64,000 bases of DNA, taken from IMG/VR virus record IMGVR_UViG_2974786931_000001, positions 103,774 to 167,773 of that record; one strand, given 5' to 3'. Made by a program: the position numbers and the translations under genes. The notes beneath the pieces are model-generated. The model worked only from the letters and a program-made list of their open reading frames with translations, had not been told where the DNA came from and made no database searches. Of the stretch, positions 29,598 through 37,041 are shown in pieces. Position 1 is the stretch's first letter. The number at the start of each line of letters is the position of its first letter. This stretch comes from a virus. Its lineage: Duplodnaviria > Caudoviricetes.

Positions 29598-29795
29598 TTA
29601 CTTAGATAATTCAGATTCAGCGTGGATACCAGTATTACCATCGCACCACAATACATTATAACTTATTTCACCTAATGGCAAATATTTGTTTTTGCCAGAA
29701 GTATCCTTTACCAGAATTGGCTTTAACACTTCTAAAACCAGTCCTGGAATAGTTTTATTATAAAGGACTTCATCACCATCCATAAATTTATTCAT
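29598..29795 (-). CDS. 30.5-like hypothetical protein
   Basis: IPGLVLEVL...YNVLWCDGN...ELS resembles T4 30.5; start ATG 29795. Confidence 0.7.
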   Translation of the reverse strand: MNKFMDGDEVLYNKTIPGLVLEVLKPILVKDTSGKNKYLPLGEISYNVLWCDGNTGIHAESELSK

Positions 29796-29802
29796 ATTTT
29801 CT

Positions 29803-30372
29803 TCAATCAGGATATTTAGTTTCAAGTGGACCATGATAAAACTTTGAATCAATTTTAGCCACATAAGCCGTAGCTGTACGATTATTAGCTGACCATGTTC
29901 GGGCTGAGTACATCGCTTGTTCGTAGTTCATTTCTCTACTTTGCGTTGCAACATCATTAACAATCTGAATTACTATATACTTAGGTTCTTGAAGCACTTT
30001 AGGTTCTGTGAAATCATCTAAATCTTCAATTCTAGTATCTTCGACTTCTTCAAATGCGTTGAATTCAACTTCTGAATCATATGAAGAGAACCAATTGTGC
30101 AAAGTACGAGAACCAGCTGGACTAAAGGTTATATTATAAACTTCCGGCGGCGTCCAATCTGTCAAAGGATTTTTATTAGAATCAAATAACATTATTTCAG
30201 GCACAGTAATTTCTTTAGAGTCAAATGAATCTAATTCAATTTTAACTTTAAACAATTTACCAGCTAATACATCATAAATTGCTGTATTAGAAAAACTATA
30301 TTCTATAAATTTTGTATCTGAACCTTCAACATCATTAAAACGATAAAATGTATTTTCTTTAAAAAAGTTCAT
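29803..30372 (-). CDS. Hypothetical protein (paralogue of 30863-31399)
   Basis: MNFFKENTFY start after SD GAGG. Confidence 0.75.
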   Translation of the reverse strand: MNFFKENTFYRFNDVEGSDTKFIEYSFSNTAIYDVLAGKLFKVKIELDSFDSKEITVPEIMLFDSNKNPLTDWTPPEVYNITFSPAGSRTLHNWFSSYDSEVEFNAFEEVEDTRIEDLDDFTEPKVLQEPKYIVIQIVNDVATQSREMNYEQAMYSARTWSANNRTATAYVAKIDSKFYHGPLETKYPD

Positions 30373-30382
30373 AACAATTTCC

Positions 30383-30586
30383 TCACCATTCAGATTCATG
30401 AGATTCTACCACAGGATTCAATTCAAATTCTTTAATGCTTTTACTTTCACCTGTCACTGTTACTTCTAAAAATCCTGGACAATTCCCAGAAATACACGCT
30501 GTAGTAATACTCATTTCTAATCCTAAACAATTAGCTAAATGAATATGTTCTGGGAGTATAGAATCCATATACAATGTGCGTTCCAT
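30383..30586 (-). CDS. Hypothetical protein
   Basis: 67 aa, SD AAGGA, packed in operon. Confidence 0.65.
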   Translation of the reverse strand: MERTLYMDSILPEHIHLANCLGLEMSITTACISGNCPGFLEVTVTGESKSIKEFELNPVVESHESEW

Positions 30587-30594
30587 AAAAATCC

Positions 30595-30861
30595 TTAATG
30601 GATAGAAAATTCAATTTTAACTTCACCTTTACTTTCTAAAAGAGTAATTGTAGACGCAGGTGAGCTAGATTTAAGTTGAAATGCTTTAGCTTCTGCTTCT
30701 GCTTTACCATAAGGCCCATACATAATAGGAGACTTTTCTACAATTTTAAGCATAACAAAATATTCAGAGTCTTTATGAGGAACAAGCCCACCATTTCCGC
30801 TACCGTCTATACGACGTTGAACTCGTAAATAATCATCTCTAGGATCTGTATTAAAAATCAT
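30595..30861 (-). CDS. Hypothetical protein
   Basis: 88 aa, SD GAGG, packed in operon. Confidence 0.7.
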   Translation of the reverse strand: MIFNTDPRDDYLRVQRRIDGSGNGGLVPHKDSEYFVMLKIVEKSPIMYGPYGKAEAEAKAFQLKSSSPASTITLLESKGEVKIEFSIH

Positions 30862-30862
30862 T

Positions 30863-31399
30863 TTATACCTCGGTTTTATTTAATTTATATTGATATCGTG
30901 TTTGTAATTTAGAAACAAAGTATACTGATTGAGGATTAGAAAAAGAAAGATTATTGGCTTCTTCTTCGGCTTTTTCTAGTGTATTTTTTATACGACCAGT
31001 GTACTTAGTGCCATTTCTTAAAAAACCAACTACAACATATTTGTATTCTGAAGCGGTTTCAAGTTCTTTTTCTTCATCTTTTTCGACAAGATGAGGATAC
31101 AAATGCGTAACATCGTCAAATACTTCACCTTCAACACGGAAGTCTATACGATAAAACCAATTGCAATCAGTATAATCAGGTATGACTGTTGATGGAGTGA
31201 CTGGCGGAAGTAATTTTCCTAATTCTGCAAAAGAAATATGAGTCACAACATTTTTAGTGTGATTCAACACCATAGTAAATACTTTGCTTTTTAATACTTC
31301 AGCTATAAGTGCATTAGATTTTGCAAAGTCGACAAACTCTTGGAACTTTGGATGAGAAGTTTTTAAAGCATAAACACGGTTTTCTTTGAAGAAATCCAT
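30863..31399 (-). CDS. Hypothetical protein (paralogue of 29803-30372)
   Basis: MDFFKENRVY start after SD GAGG. Confidence 0.75.
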   Translation of the reverse strand: MDFFKENRVYALKTSHPKFQEFVDFAKSNALIAEVLKSKVFTMVLNHTKNVVTHISFAELGKLLPPVTPSTVIPDYTDCNWFYRIDFRVEGEVFDDVTHLYPHLVEKDEEKELETASEYKYVVVGFLRNGTKYTGRIKNTLEKAEEEANNLSFSNPQSVYFVSKLQTRYQYKLNKTEV

Positions 31400-31408
31400 A
31401 ATAACCTC

Positions 31409-31768
31409 TTAAAAAGTAAATTCATTAGAAACTATATCCCAAATAGCTTCACGCTCTTCATATGTAGTGCGTAATTTTAAAATTTGACGCAGATATAGTT
31501 TAATTAATAATCCACGATCAGCATTCCAACCAGGATGTGTAGACAAATCACGAGTACGGAAATCATCATGAAATCCAACTTTAATTACAGAACCTTTAAT
31601 TGCAATAGTCAAAGTTATACCATTTTCAAAACTGATGTAAACTTCATTGCTCTCCCAATACATATCGATATCGCATACAACACCTGTTTTATGTTTCCAT
31701 AAACTGATATATGTATCAGAACCAAATATAGGTTGTACATACTTATGTTCAAAGTTAGTGTATTTCAT
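31409..31768 (-). CDS. 30.7: 30.7 conserved protein
   Basis: MKYTNFEHKYV...LWKHKTGVVC...FENGIT...RDLSTHPGWN; start 31768. Confidence 0.88.
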   Translation of the reverse strand: MKYTNFEHKYVQPIFGSDTYISLWKHKTGVVCDIDMYWESNEVYISFENGITLTIAIKGSVIKVGFHDDFRTRDLSTHPGWNADRGLLIKLYLRQILKLRTTYEEREAIWDIVSNEFTF

Positions 31769-31793
31769 AATCATCTCCACTGATTGAGAGTCT

Positions 31794-31823
31794 ACTATAC
31801 CACAACCTTTTAGTGTTGTAAAC
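31794..31823 (-). promoter_or_regulatory. Early promoter for the 30.7 operon
   Basis: GTTTACA-17 nt-(TGg)TATAGT. Confidence 0.85.
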
Positions 31824-31834
31824 TGGTAGAAACG

Positions 31835-31862
31835 AAAAATGGGAACCAATTAAGGTTCCCAT
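31835..31862 (-). terminator. Terminator after 30.9
   Basis: ATGGGAACC-ttaatt-GGTTCCCAT followed by T run. Confidence 0.88.
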
Positions 31863-31867
31863 AAAAT

Positions 31868-32041
31868 TTATACTCGTGGCTTACCGAAGCGGGAAGCATC
31901 ATCATGAAGAACAGCACGTGCACGTCTCATGATTTTTTCAACTGTCTGATTAATACGTTTGTTGCTACCACGCTTATATTTAGCGCGTTTAGATGTACCA
32001 ACTTCTTGAACTACTGCAGCTTTAGCTTTAACTTTAGACAT
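31868..32041 (-). CDS. 30.9: 30.9 small very basic protein (57 aa, not in ORF track)
   Basis: Translated by hand: MSKVKAKAAVVQEVGTSKRAKYKRGSNKRINQTVEKIMRRARAVLHDDASRFGKPRV. Confidence 0.88.
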   Translation of the reverse strand: MSKVKAKAAVVQEVGTSKRAKYKRGSNKRINQTVEKIMRRARAVLHDDASRFGKPRV

Positions 32042-32316
32042 TATTTTTCTTCCATAAGGAGATGAAACCAGTTATCTTTGCGTACACAAAGTGGGCTGGT
32101 CGAAAGGCTTCAATGAGCAACGGATGGTTTTGTAAAATTAACGTGCAAGTCCATCAACTTCCACATCATACATTGCTTCTATCTGTTGCACACCATTAGC
32201 TTAAAGGGTCTGGGTTAGATTTCTCTAGGATAGAATACGTATCAATGAATACGCAGGTCGTAACAGCATCAATTAAGAATCATTGTTCATTGATGCAAAA
32301 TGCTCTTACCGCAAAT
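32042..32316 (-). ncRNA. Putative structured non-coding RNA (several hairpins and a pseudoknot)
   Basis: No ORF in the track; helices GCAUCAAU/AUUGAUGC, CGUAU/AUACG, GUGCAA/UUGCAC, AGCAAUG/CGUUGCU, GAUGG/CCAUC, ACCAG/CUGGU. Confidence 0.55.
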
Positions 32317-32353
32317 TTTAGCTTCGCACTTAAGGTAGCGTATCACCTGATTT
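32315..32353 (-). ncRNA. Pseudo-ToxI (type III antitoxin-like) pseudoknot RNA
   Basis: AAAUCAGGUGAUACGCUACCUUAAGUGCGAAGCUAAAAU closely resembles the enterobacterial ToxI repeat as I recall it; flanked by AAAU motifs. Confidence 0.72.
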
Positions 32354-32602
32354 TTATTTCAATGTGACGATGAAATGACGAACAATTTTACGAGATGAAC
32401 TGCAAAGAGATTTTGCAAATTTCAATTCGTCTTGAACTTCAAGCTCATCAGCAAATTGTTTTTGAACTGGATTCAAGTGCTTAAAGCCTTTAAGAATATC
32501 TAGTGCTTCAGCTTTAACATCAATAGATGCGCCATAGTTTTCGTGACCGTTAGACCATGCTTGACGTTGTACAGAAAGTGCGTGAGTTAGTTGTTGATTC
32601 AT
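32354..32602 (-). CDS. rIII: Lysis inhibition accessory protein rIII
   Basis: QRQAWSNGHENYGASIDVKAEAL...GFKHLNPVQ...RHFIVTLK. Confidence 0.95.
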   Translation of the reverse strand: MNQQLTHALSVQRQAWSNGHENYGASIDVKAEALDILKGFKHLNPVQKQFADELEVQDELKFAKSLCSSSRKIVRHFIVTLK

Positions 32603-32625
32603 TATAAATGCCTCAGAATGAGGTT

Positions 32626-32658
32626 AAAATAAGGTGGAGACTTAAATGCATCTCCACC
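32626..32658 (-). terminator. Terminator-like hairpin between gene 31 and rIII
   Basis: GGTGGAGA-10 nt-TCTCCACC-TTATTTT. Confidence 0.7.
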
Positions 32659-32684
32659 ACGTGTGTAAGTTGTTCTTACATTAT

Positions 32685-32692
32685 TATTTATA
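32685..32692 (-). promoter_or_regulatory. Late promoter for rIII-RNA-30.9
   Basis: TATAAATA on minus strand just after gp31 stop. Confidence 0.8.
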
Positions 32693-33016
32693 TCACTTAT
32701 AAATGCAGCTTAAGGATTTATAATGACAAGTCACAAATTTCTGTTTAATTTCTTTAGGTTGTTTGATACCCAATGCTACAAGTGGATGAACAACATTAGC
32801 CATTTTACCAACAGGCATAGGAGTCAAATCACCAATTTCTACGAATGATTCAGGAACATCAGAACCGATTGAATAGACTTCACACATTTCAGGCAATTCA
32901 CCTTGTTGAAGTTTACCAAGAGCAATACCACCAGCAGAAAATTGTTCTTCGCCAGCTTGTTTAGGTTCAGCGACTAAGATAATATATTCGCCAAGAGCTT
33001 TAATAGGGAGTTCCAT
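32693..33016 (-). CDS. 31: Co-chaperonin gp31 (GroES-like)
   Basis: [22 protein letters not shown]...[14 protein letters not shown]. Confidence 0.96.
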   Translation of the reverse strand: MELPIKALGEYIILVAEPKQAGEEQFSAGGIALGKLQQGELPEMCEVYSIGSDVPESFVEIGDLTPMPVGKMANVVHPLVALGIKQPKEIKQKFVTCHYKSLSCIYK

Positions 33017-33049
33017 AAAATACCATTTGTTGTTGTTGTTTGTAGTATA

Positions 33050-33076
33050 ATTATATCAAATTAGACGTAAAGCAAA
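33050..33076 (-). promoter_or_regulatory. Middle promoter for gene 31
   Basis: TTTGCTTTA-12 nt-TATAAT. Confidence 0.88.
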
Positions 33077-33403
33077 CTATACGTTAGCCAATTCACGAAG
33101 AGTTTCGATCTTAGTAGAATTAATAGAAATCAATTTATCAAGACTAAATCCACGCCATGCTTTAGCTTCGACATCAAATACAGGAATCATATCTACAGAT
33201 TCTGCACGTGGCTTTTCTGGATTAATGTAACTTTCGTAAACAGATTCGCCAACCAAGCCAGAAATAACTGTTTTATCACGGGTAGACTTCATTACACGAA
33301 TGCTACCATCTTTCTTTTCAAATACAACTTCAGATATGCCATCAGCCAGAATAGTTTTAGACAATTCGCGAATAGCAATTTTTTGTTCAACCGATAAGCT
33401 CAT
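33077..33403 (-). CDS. 31.1: 31.1 conserved protein (SH3/WYL-like)
   Basis: EQKIAIRE...VVFEKKDGSIRVMKSTRD...IPVFDVEAKAWRGFSLDKLISIN; start 33403. Confidence 0.9.
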   Translation of the reverse strand: MSLSVEQKIAIRELSKTILADGISEVVFEKKDGSIRVMKSTRDKTVISGLVGESVYESYINPEKPRAESVDMIPVFDVEAKAWRGFSLDKLISINSTKIETLRELANV

Positions 33404-33728
33404 GATTAATCCTAATATATTGGAAACGAATAATAAAATTACCAGTGGTTTCGTTATATTCAACTACATCACGAATGAATACCACTGTCGGGTTAAGATC
33501 AAATATTGTTTGAATAGCATAATTCAAATTATTTGTTTCACGCGAAACCATTTCTAAACTTACTTGGTTGCCAGCAGTTTCTATAAGAACTAAAGGAGCT
33601 TCAACACTAATAACATTGAGTCCTAAAGACTTAAGACGCGATATAACATAATTTTTAATATTGCCATCTTCATTCCCAAAGACGGGCTTTGGGACTGGTT
33701 TCATTAAATCAACCATTATTTTCACCAC
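33387..33728 (-). CDS. 31.2-like hypothetical protein
   Basis: ISRLKSLGLNVI...VVFIRDV; synteny; start uncertain (33716/33704 possible). Confidence 0.65.
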   Translation of the reverse strand: MVKIMVDLMKPVPKPVFGNEDGNIKNYVISRLKSLGLNVISVEAPLVLIETAGNQVSLEMVSRETNNLNYAIQTIFDLNPTVVFIRDVVEYNETTGNFIIRFQYIRINHELIG

Positions 33729-34263
33729 AGAAGTTACGAATGTGAGCCCAGTTTAAAGATGTTAATTTATGACGAGGATAATTAAACACTTCGATGCCAG
33801 AATCAATTAAGATTTGATCCCAACCCGGTTCATTACGGTCATAAAGTTCAGCATAAACTAGACGTTTAATACCTGACTGAGCAATTGCTTTAGCACAATC
33901 AGAACAAGGAGATAATGTTACATACATAGTGGCGCCTTCAATAGAAGAGCCATTACGCGCAGCAAATAAAATAGCATTTAATTCAGCATGAATTTCATTC
34001 TTTTTAGACCAAGATGAATGGTCTTCTCTGAATTCGCTTTTAAGATAATCTATTGTTATCATTCGGTCTAGATTTTTATGTGTCAAAATCCAACCTTTTT
34101 CTTGAGCATGGTCGCAACAGTTAATACCACCTGATGGCGAGCCATTATACCCAGTAGAAATAATACGTCCATTCTTTTCAATGACCGCACCTACTTTCCA
34201 CGAGCAGCATTTCGATTCTTGTGAAACCATATAGGCAATTTGTAGATATGTAGATGCTCTCAT
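33709..34263 (-). CDS. cd: dCMP deaminase
   Basis: SKCCSWKVGAVI, STGYNG, HAELNAI, TLSPCSDC. Confidence 0.97.
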   Translation of the reverse strand: MRASTYLQIAYMVSQESKCCSWKVGAVIEKNGRIISTGYNGSPSGGINCCDHAQEKGWILTHKNLDRMITIDYLKSEFREDHSSWSKKNEIHAELNAILFAARNGSSIEGATMYVTLSPCSDCAKAIAQSGIKRLVYAELYDRNEPGWDQILIDSGIEVFNYPRHKLTSLNWAHIRNFCGENNG

Positions 34264-34265
34264 TA

Positions 34266-34631
34266 TTATTCCTCAACGCATTCAATAGCAAGATAACGTG
34301 TATTTCGAGTAGTTATCAATTTAATATCTAAAACAGGTTCAATGATATCTAATACAGTACTTATTGTAACATCGGTTCCTTGAGCAAATGTGCCGCCAGG
34401 ACGGTTTGTTCGGTTATCATTGAAAACAAAACCATAATGTCGTTTGCTAATATCAATAGGCATAAAAGAGACAAAAATAGCGTCATACTCTATTACAGGA
34501 ATAGCTGCAATACCTGGGTCAGTATTCAATGCAAATAGTATTTTGTTAACACCAGCTTGAGACAATGTTGCACGATGATAACCTATGACTTCGTCATTCA
34601 TAATAGATTTAACAGTATCAATAAGATTCAT
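34266..34631 (-). CDS. cd.1: Cd.1-like hypothetical protein
   Basis: DEVIGYHRA...ILFALN...VSFMPIDI...YGFVFND. Confidence 0.75.
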   Translation of the reverse strand: MNLIDTVKSIMNDEVIGYHRATLSQAGVNKILFALNTDPGIAAIPVIEYDAIFVSFMPIDISKRHYGFVFNDNRTNRPGGTFAQGTDVTISTVLDIIEPVLDIKLITTRNTRYLAIECVEE

Positions 34632-34861
34632 TAGTATTCCATAATTGTTTCAACAAGACCATCTGGAGCTAAAGTAAAGACACATGTTTCACCACCGCCA
34701 CCTGGTAAACCTGTTCTTAGAACCATAGTACGAGGGCCTTGTTTAATGAGAGAAGCCTGAACACCTGGATTTTCAGGTGTAAGACGATTAACAAATTCTT
34801 GAGCGAATTCTTTAACTTTAGATTCAAATTCGGCTTCTGTAAACGTTTTATTGCTAATCAT
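34631..34861 (-). CDS. cd.2: Cd.2-like hypothetical protein
   Basis: EFESKVKEFAQEFVN...DGLVE. Confidence 0.7.
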   Translation of the reverse strand: MISNKTFTEAEFESKVKEFAQEFVNRLTPENPGVQASLIKQGPRTMVLRTGLPGGGGETCVFTLAPDGLVETIMEY

Positions 34862-35133
34862 TCTAAAATCACTCTGATAAACAGTGTATCTTCTGGAGAC
34901 AATTCGATTTCAAAGTCAAATGATAAAAATGATGGAGATACATTAGGAGTAATTTTAACTTTATTAGGAATAAGAGTGTTAATTACCAAAGTAATATCTG
35001 CATGAAGTTTAAGAATGTTAGCAGGTGATATAATTTCATACATATAATTACTATATGCTTGAGAGGTCACCATATTGCATAAATCAGAATATGTAGGAAA
35101 TCCTGCATCTAGCTCAACAGTTTTAATAGTCAT
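34858..35133 (-). CDS. cd.3: Cd.3-like hypothetical protein
   Basis: FPTYSDL...LKLHADITLVINTLIP. Confidence 0.7.
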   Translation of the reverse strand: MTIKTVELDAGFPTYSDLCNMVTSQAYSNYMYEIISPANILKLHADITLVINTLIPNKVKITPNVSPSFLSFDFEIELSPEDTLFIRVILE

Positions 35134-35142
35134 AATAATTCC

Positions 35143-35355
35143 TTAATGCAAAGTACGAACAGTAAAGTCTAAATAAAATTCTTTATCTTGCTCTAATTGC
35201 ATGTCGTATTCAATGTAGTACATAGGAGAAATTTCTTTATTCATACGAGATTGCAAATCAAGCAACTCTTGTTTAAGAGTCATATCAATATCTTTCCCGT
35301 GAAATTTAGATATTTCGTGAATTAAATTTGCTTCAATCTCGTGAACAGTTACCAT
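35143..35355 (-). CDS. Hypothetical protein
   Basis: 70 aa, SD GAGG. Confidence 0.7.
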   Translation of the reverse strand: MVTVHEIEANLIHEISKFHGKDIDMTLKQELLDLQSRMNKEISPMYYIEYDMQLEQDKEFYLDFTVRTLH

Positions 35356-35362
35356 AACGTCC

Positions 35363-35671
35363 TCACCAAGTGATTGTAATCGACTTTACCGATCGTGTAT
35401 ATGTCATATCAATATCTGTATTGTATTCTACACTATAATTCAACGATTCAAATTGACGCTTTACTAAATCAAGGCGTTTCATTGCATTTTCTGGCAAGAT
35501 TCCTGAATTACAATCAATGCCAAAATCTTCTTCTGGAAAGAAGATTGCAGAAAATAAACCTTTTTCAGCCTGAGATTTAATATATTCGAATACGGCCGGA
35601 GAAATTAGTTCGCGAGCTTCATTTGCCGCTACTGCCACTAAATATGCTTTTTTTGCATTAAAAGTACTCAT
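35363..35671 (-). CDS. Hypothetical protein
   Basis: 102 aa, start overlaps pseT stop (TAATG). Confidence 0.7.
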   Translation of the reverse strand: MSTFNAKKAYLVAVAANEARELISPAVFEYIKSQAEKGLFSAIFFPEEDFGIDCNSGILPENAMKRLDLVKRQFESLNYSVEYNTDIDMTYTRSVKSITITW

Positions 35672-36582
35672 TAAAATTCACCGAAGTTGACTTGCCAGCA
35701 TTCCACACCGATGCGTCGCCACATTTCTACGACTTGATCGCGATCGTCAACAGCTAATTTAACATTATAATTAGGAGCAATTTTAGTCCTAAAGATTTCT
35801 TCTTTAACAACATCATCTTTACGAGCATCACCTTGTTGACGTTGATAATGCTCTGATACTTGAAGTCCAAAACCTGAGGCCATCATCCATTCTATAGTAG
35901 AATGTTTATAACGCAATGGTTCATCTTTAGTGCCAGATTCGCGTCCACTTACAGTAATAATTGTATACCCATTTTCTTTAAGCATTTTCAAAAGATTAAC
36001 AACCATTTCTTTTGGTTTATCATTACGTAAAGATTCTAAGTCATATGGCGAACGATGGTCATTGTCAGCTAGTGTCCCATCTAAATCAAAGATAACTGCT
36101 TTAGGCAATTCTTCATTAGGAACATATGCAATTTTTTCACTTGCCATGTATTCGCACATATTTTTATACATAGCACGCAATACGTCAACAGGTACAGCAC
36201 TAGTTCCACGATAACTATTGCGCTTAACTAATTCAGTCCACGGTTGTTCAATAGTGATATAAGAAAGGTCCCAGTTATTTGCTGTAGCAATTTGAGCCCA
36301 CTTCCATCGTGTTTCTTGATTCAAGTTAGTATCAGAAACGATAACACCTTTAGTAGAATCTGCCATCATCAAACGTGCAACTGTATCTTGTTGGACGTCA
36401 GTAACTAATTTTTCTCGAGCCTTAGTGTACTTATATTCATTACGACCATTCAAGGCATTCATTGTAGTTCGTAAATTATCACGATTGACTTCAAAGAACC
36501 CTGGATTATTTTTAATGTACTGCTGAGCCCAAGTACTTTTACCTGAACCAGGACACCCTACTGTCAAAATCAATTTTTTCAT
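35671..36582 (-). CDS. pseT: Polynucleotide 5'-kinase/3'-phosphatase
   Basis: P-loop GCPGSGKSTWA; HAD motif IFDLDGTLA; AVDDRDQVVEMWRRIGVECWQV. Confidence 0.97.
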   Translation of the reverse strand: MKKLILTVGCPGSGKSTWAQQYIKNNPGFFEVNRDNLRTTMNALNGRNEYKYTKAREKLVTDVQQDTVARLMMADSTKGVIVSDTNLNQETRWKWAQIATANNWDLSYITIEQPWTELVKRNSYRGTSAVPVDVLRAMYKNMCEYMASEKIAYVPNEELPKAVIFDLDGTLADNDHRSPYDLESLRNDKPKEMVVNLLKMLKENGYTIITVSGRESGTKDEPLRYKHSTIEWMMASGFGLQVSEHYQRQQGDARKDDVVKEEIFRTKIAPNYNVKLAVDDRDQVVEMWRRIGVECWQVNFGEF

Positions 36583-36583
36583 A

Positions 36584-36871
36584 TTAAATCCCTAAGAATT
36601 CTTTAAAGTTTTGGAGATCTGTTTTGTTGCATTCTTCCATATAGTCTGCAACAGATTTATTTGTAGACTTACGATTAACATTAGATGAAATAAACTTAAC
36701 TATATGGAATCTCGTTGCAACTTCATTTAAACCTTTTTCACTTGCTGCTTTTCGTAAGGCTTTACCAGCAGCATCGAGTCGCTCTAACAACAAATTGTTA
36801 TCAGTTTCAGAACGGTATATTTCCACATACATATTAGAACACTTAACATATTCTTCTAATAAATCTTTCAT
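36584..36871 (-). CDS. Hypothetical protein
   Basis: 95 aa, tightly packed upstream of pseT. Confidence 0.7.
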   Translation of the reverse strand: MKDLLEEYVKCSNMYVEIYRSETDNNLLLERLDAAGKALRKAASEKGLNEVATRFHIVKFISSNVNRKSTNKSVADYMEECNKTDLQNFKEFLGI

Positions 36872-37041
36872 TCTACTAAGCCTTGAACATATGTGTACAA
36901 ATCAACTTGAGCTTTATTTGCAATCTCGTAATATTTTGCTTTAGATTTTGCTTCTAATGCAACAGCTAATTGATACTGTGCATTAGCCTGTTGATAGTCA
37001 ATAAACAATTCTTTCCATGTGTTATATTCTTCGATGCTCAT
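36868..37041 (-). CDS. Hypothetical protein (57 aa, not in ORF track)
   Basis: MSIEEYNTWKELFIDYQQANAQYQLAVALEAKSKAKYYEIANKAQVDLYTYVQGLVE; overlaps neighbours by TAATG and ATGA. Confidence 0.7.
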   Translation of the reverse strand: MSIEEYNTWKELFIDYQQANAQYQLAVALEAKSKAKYYEIANKAQVDLYTYVQGLVE

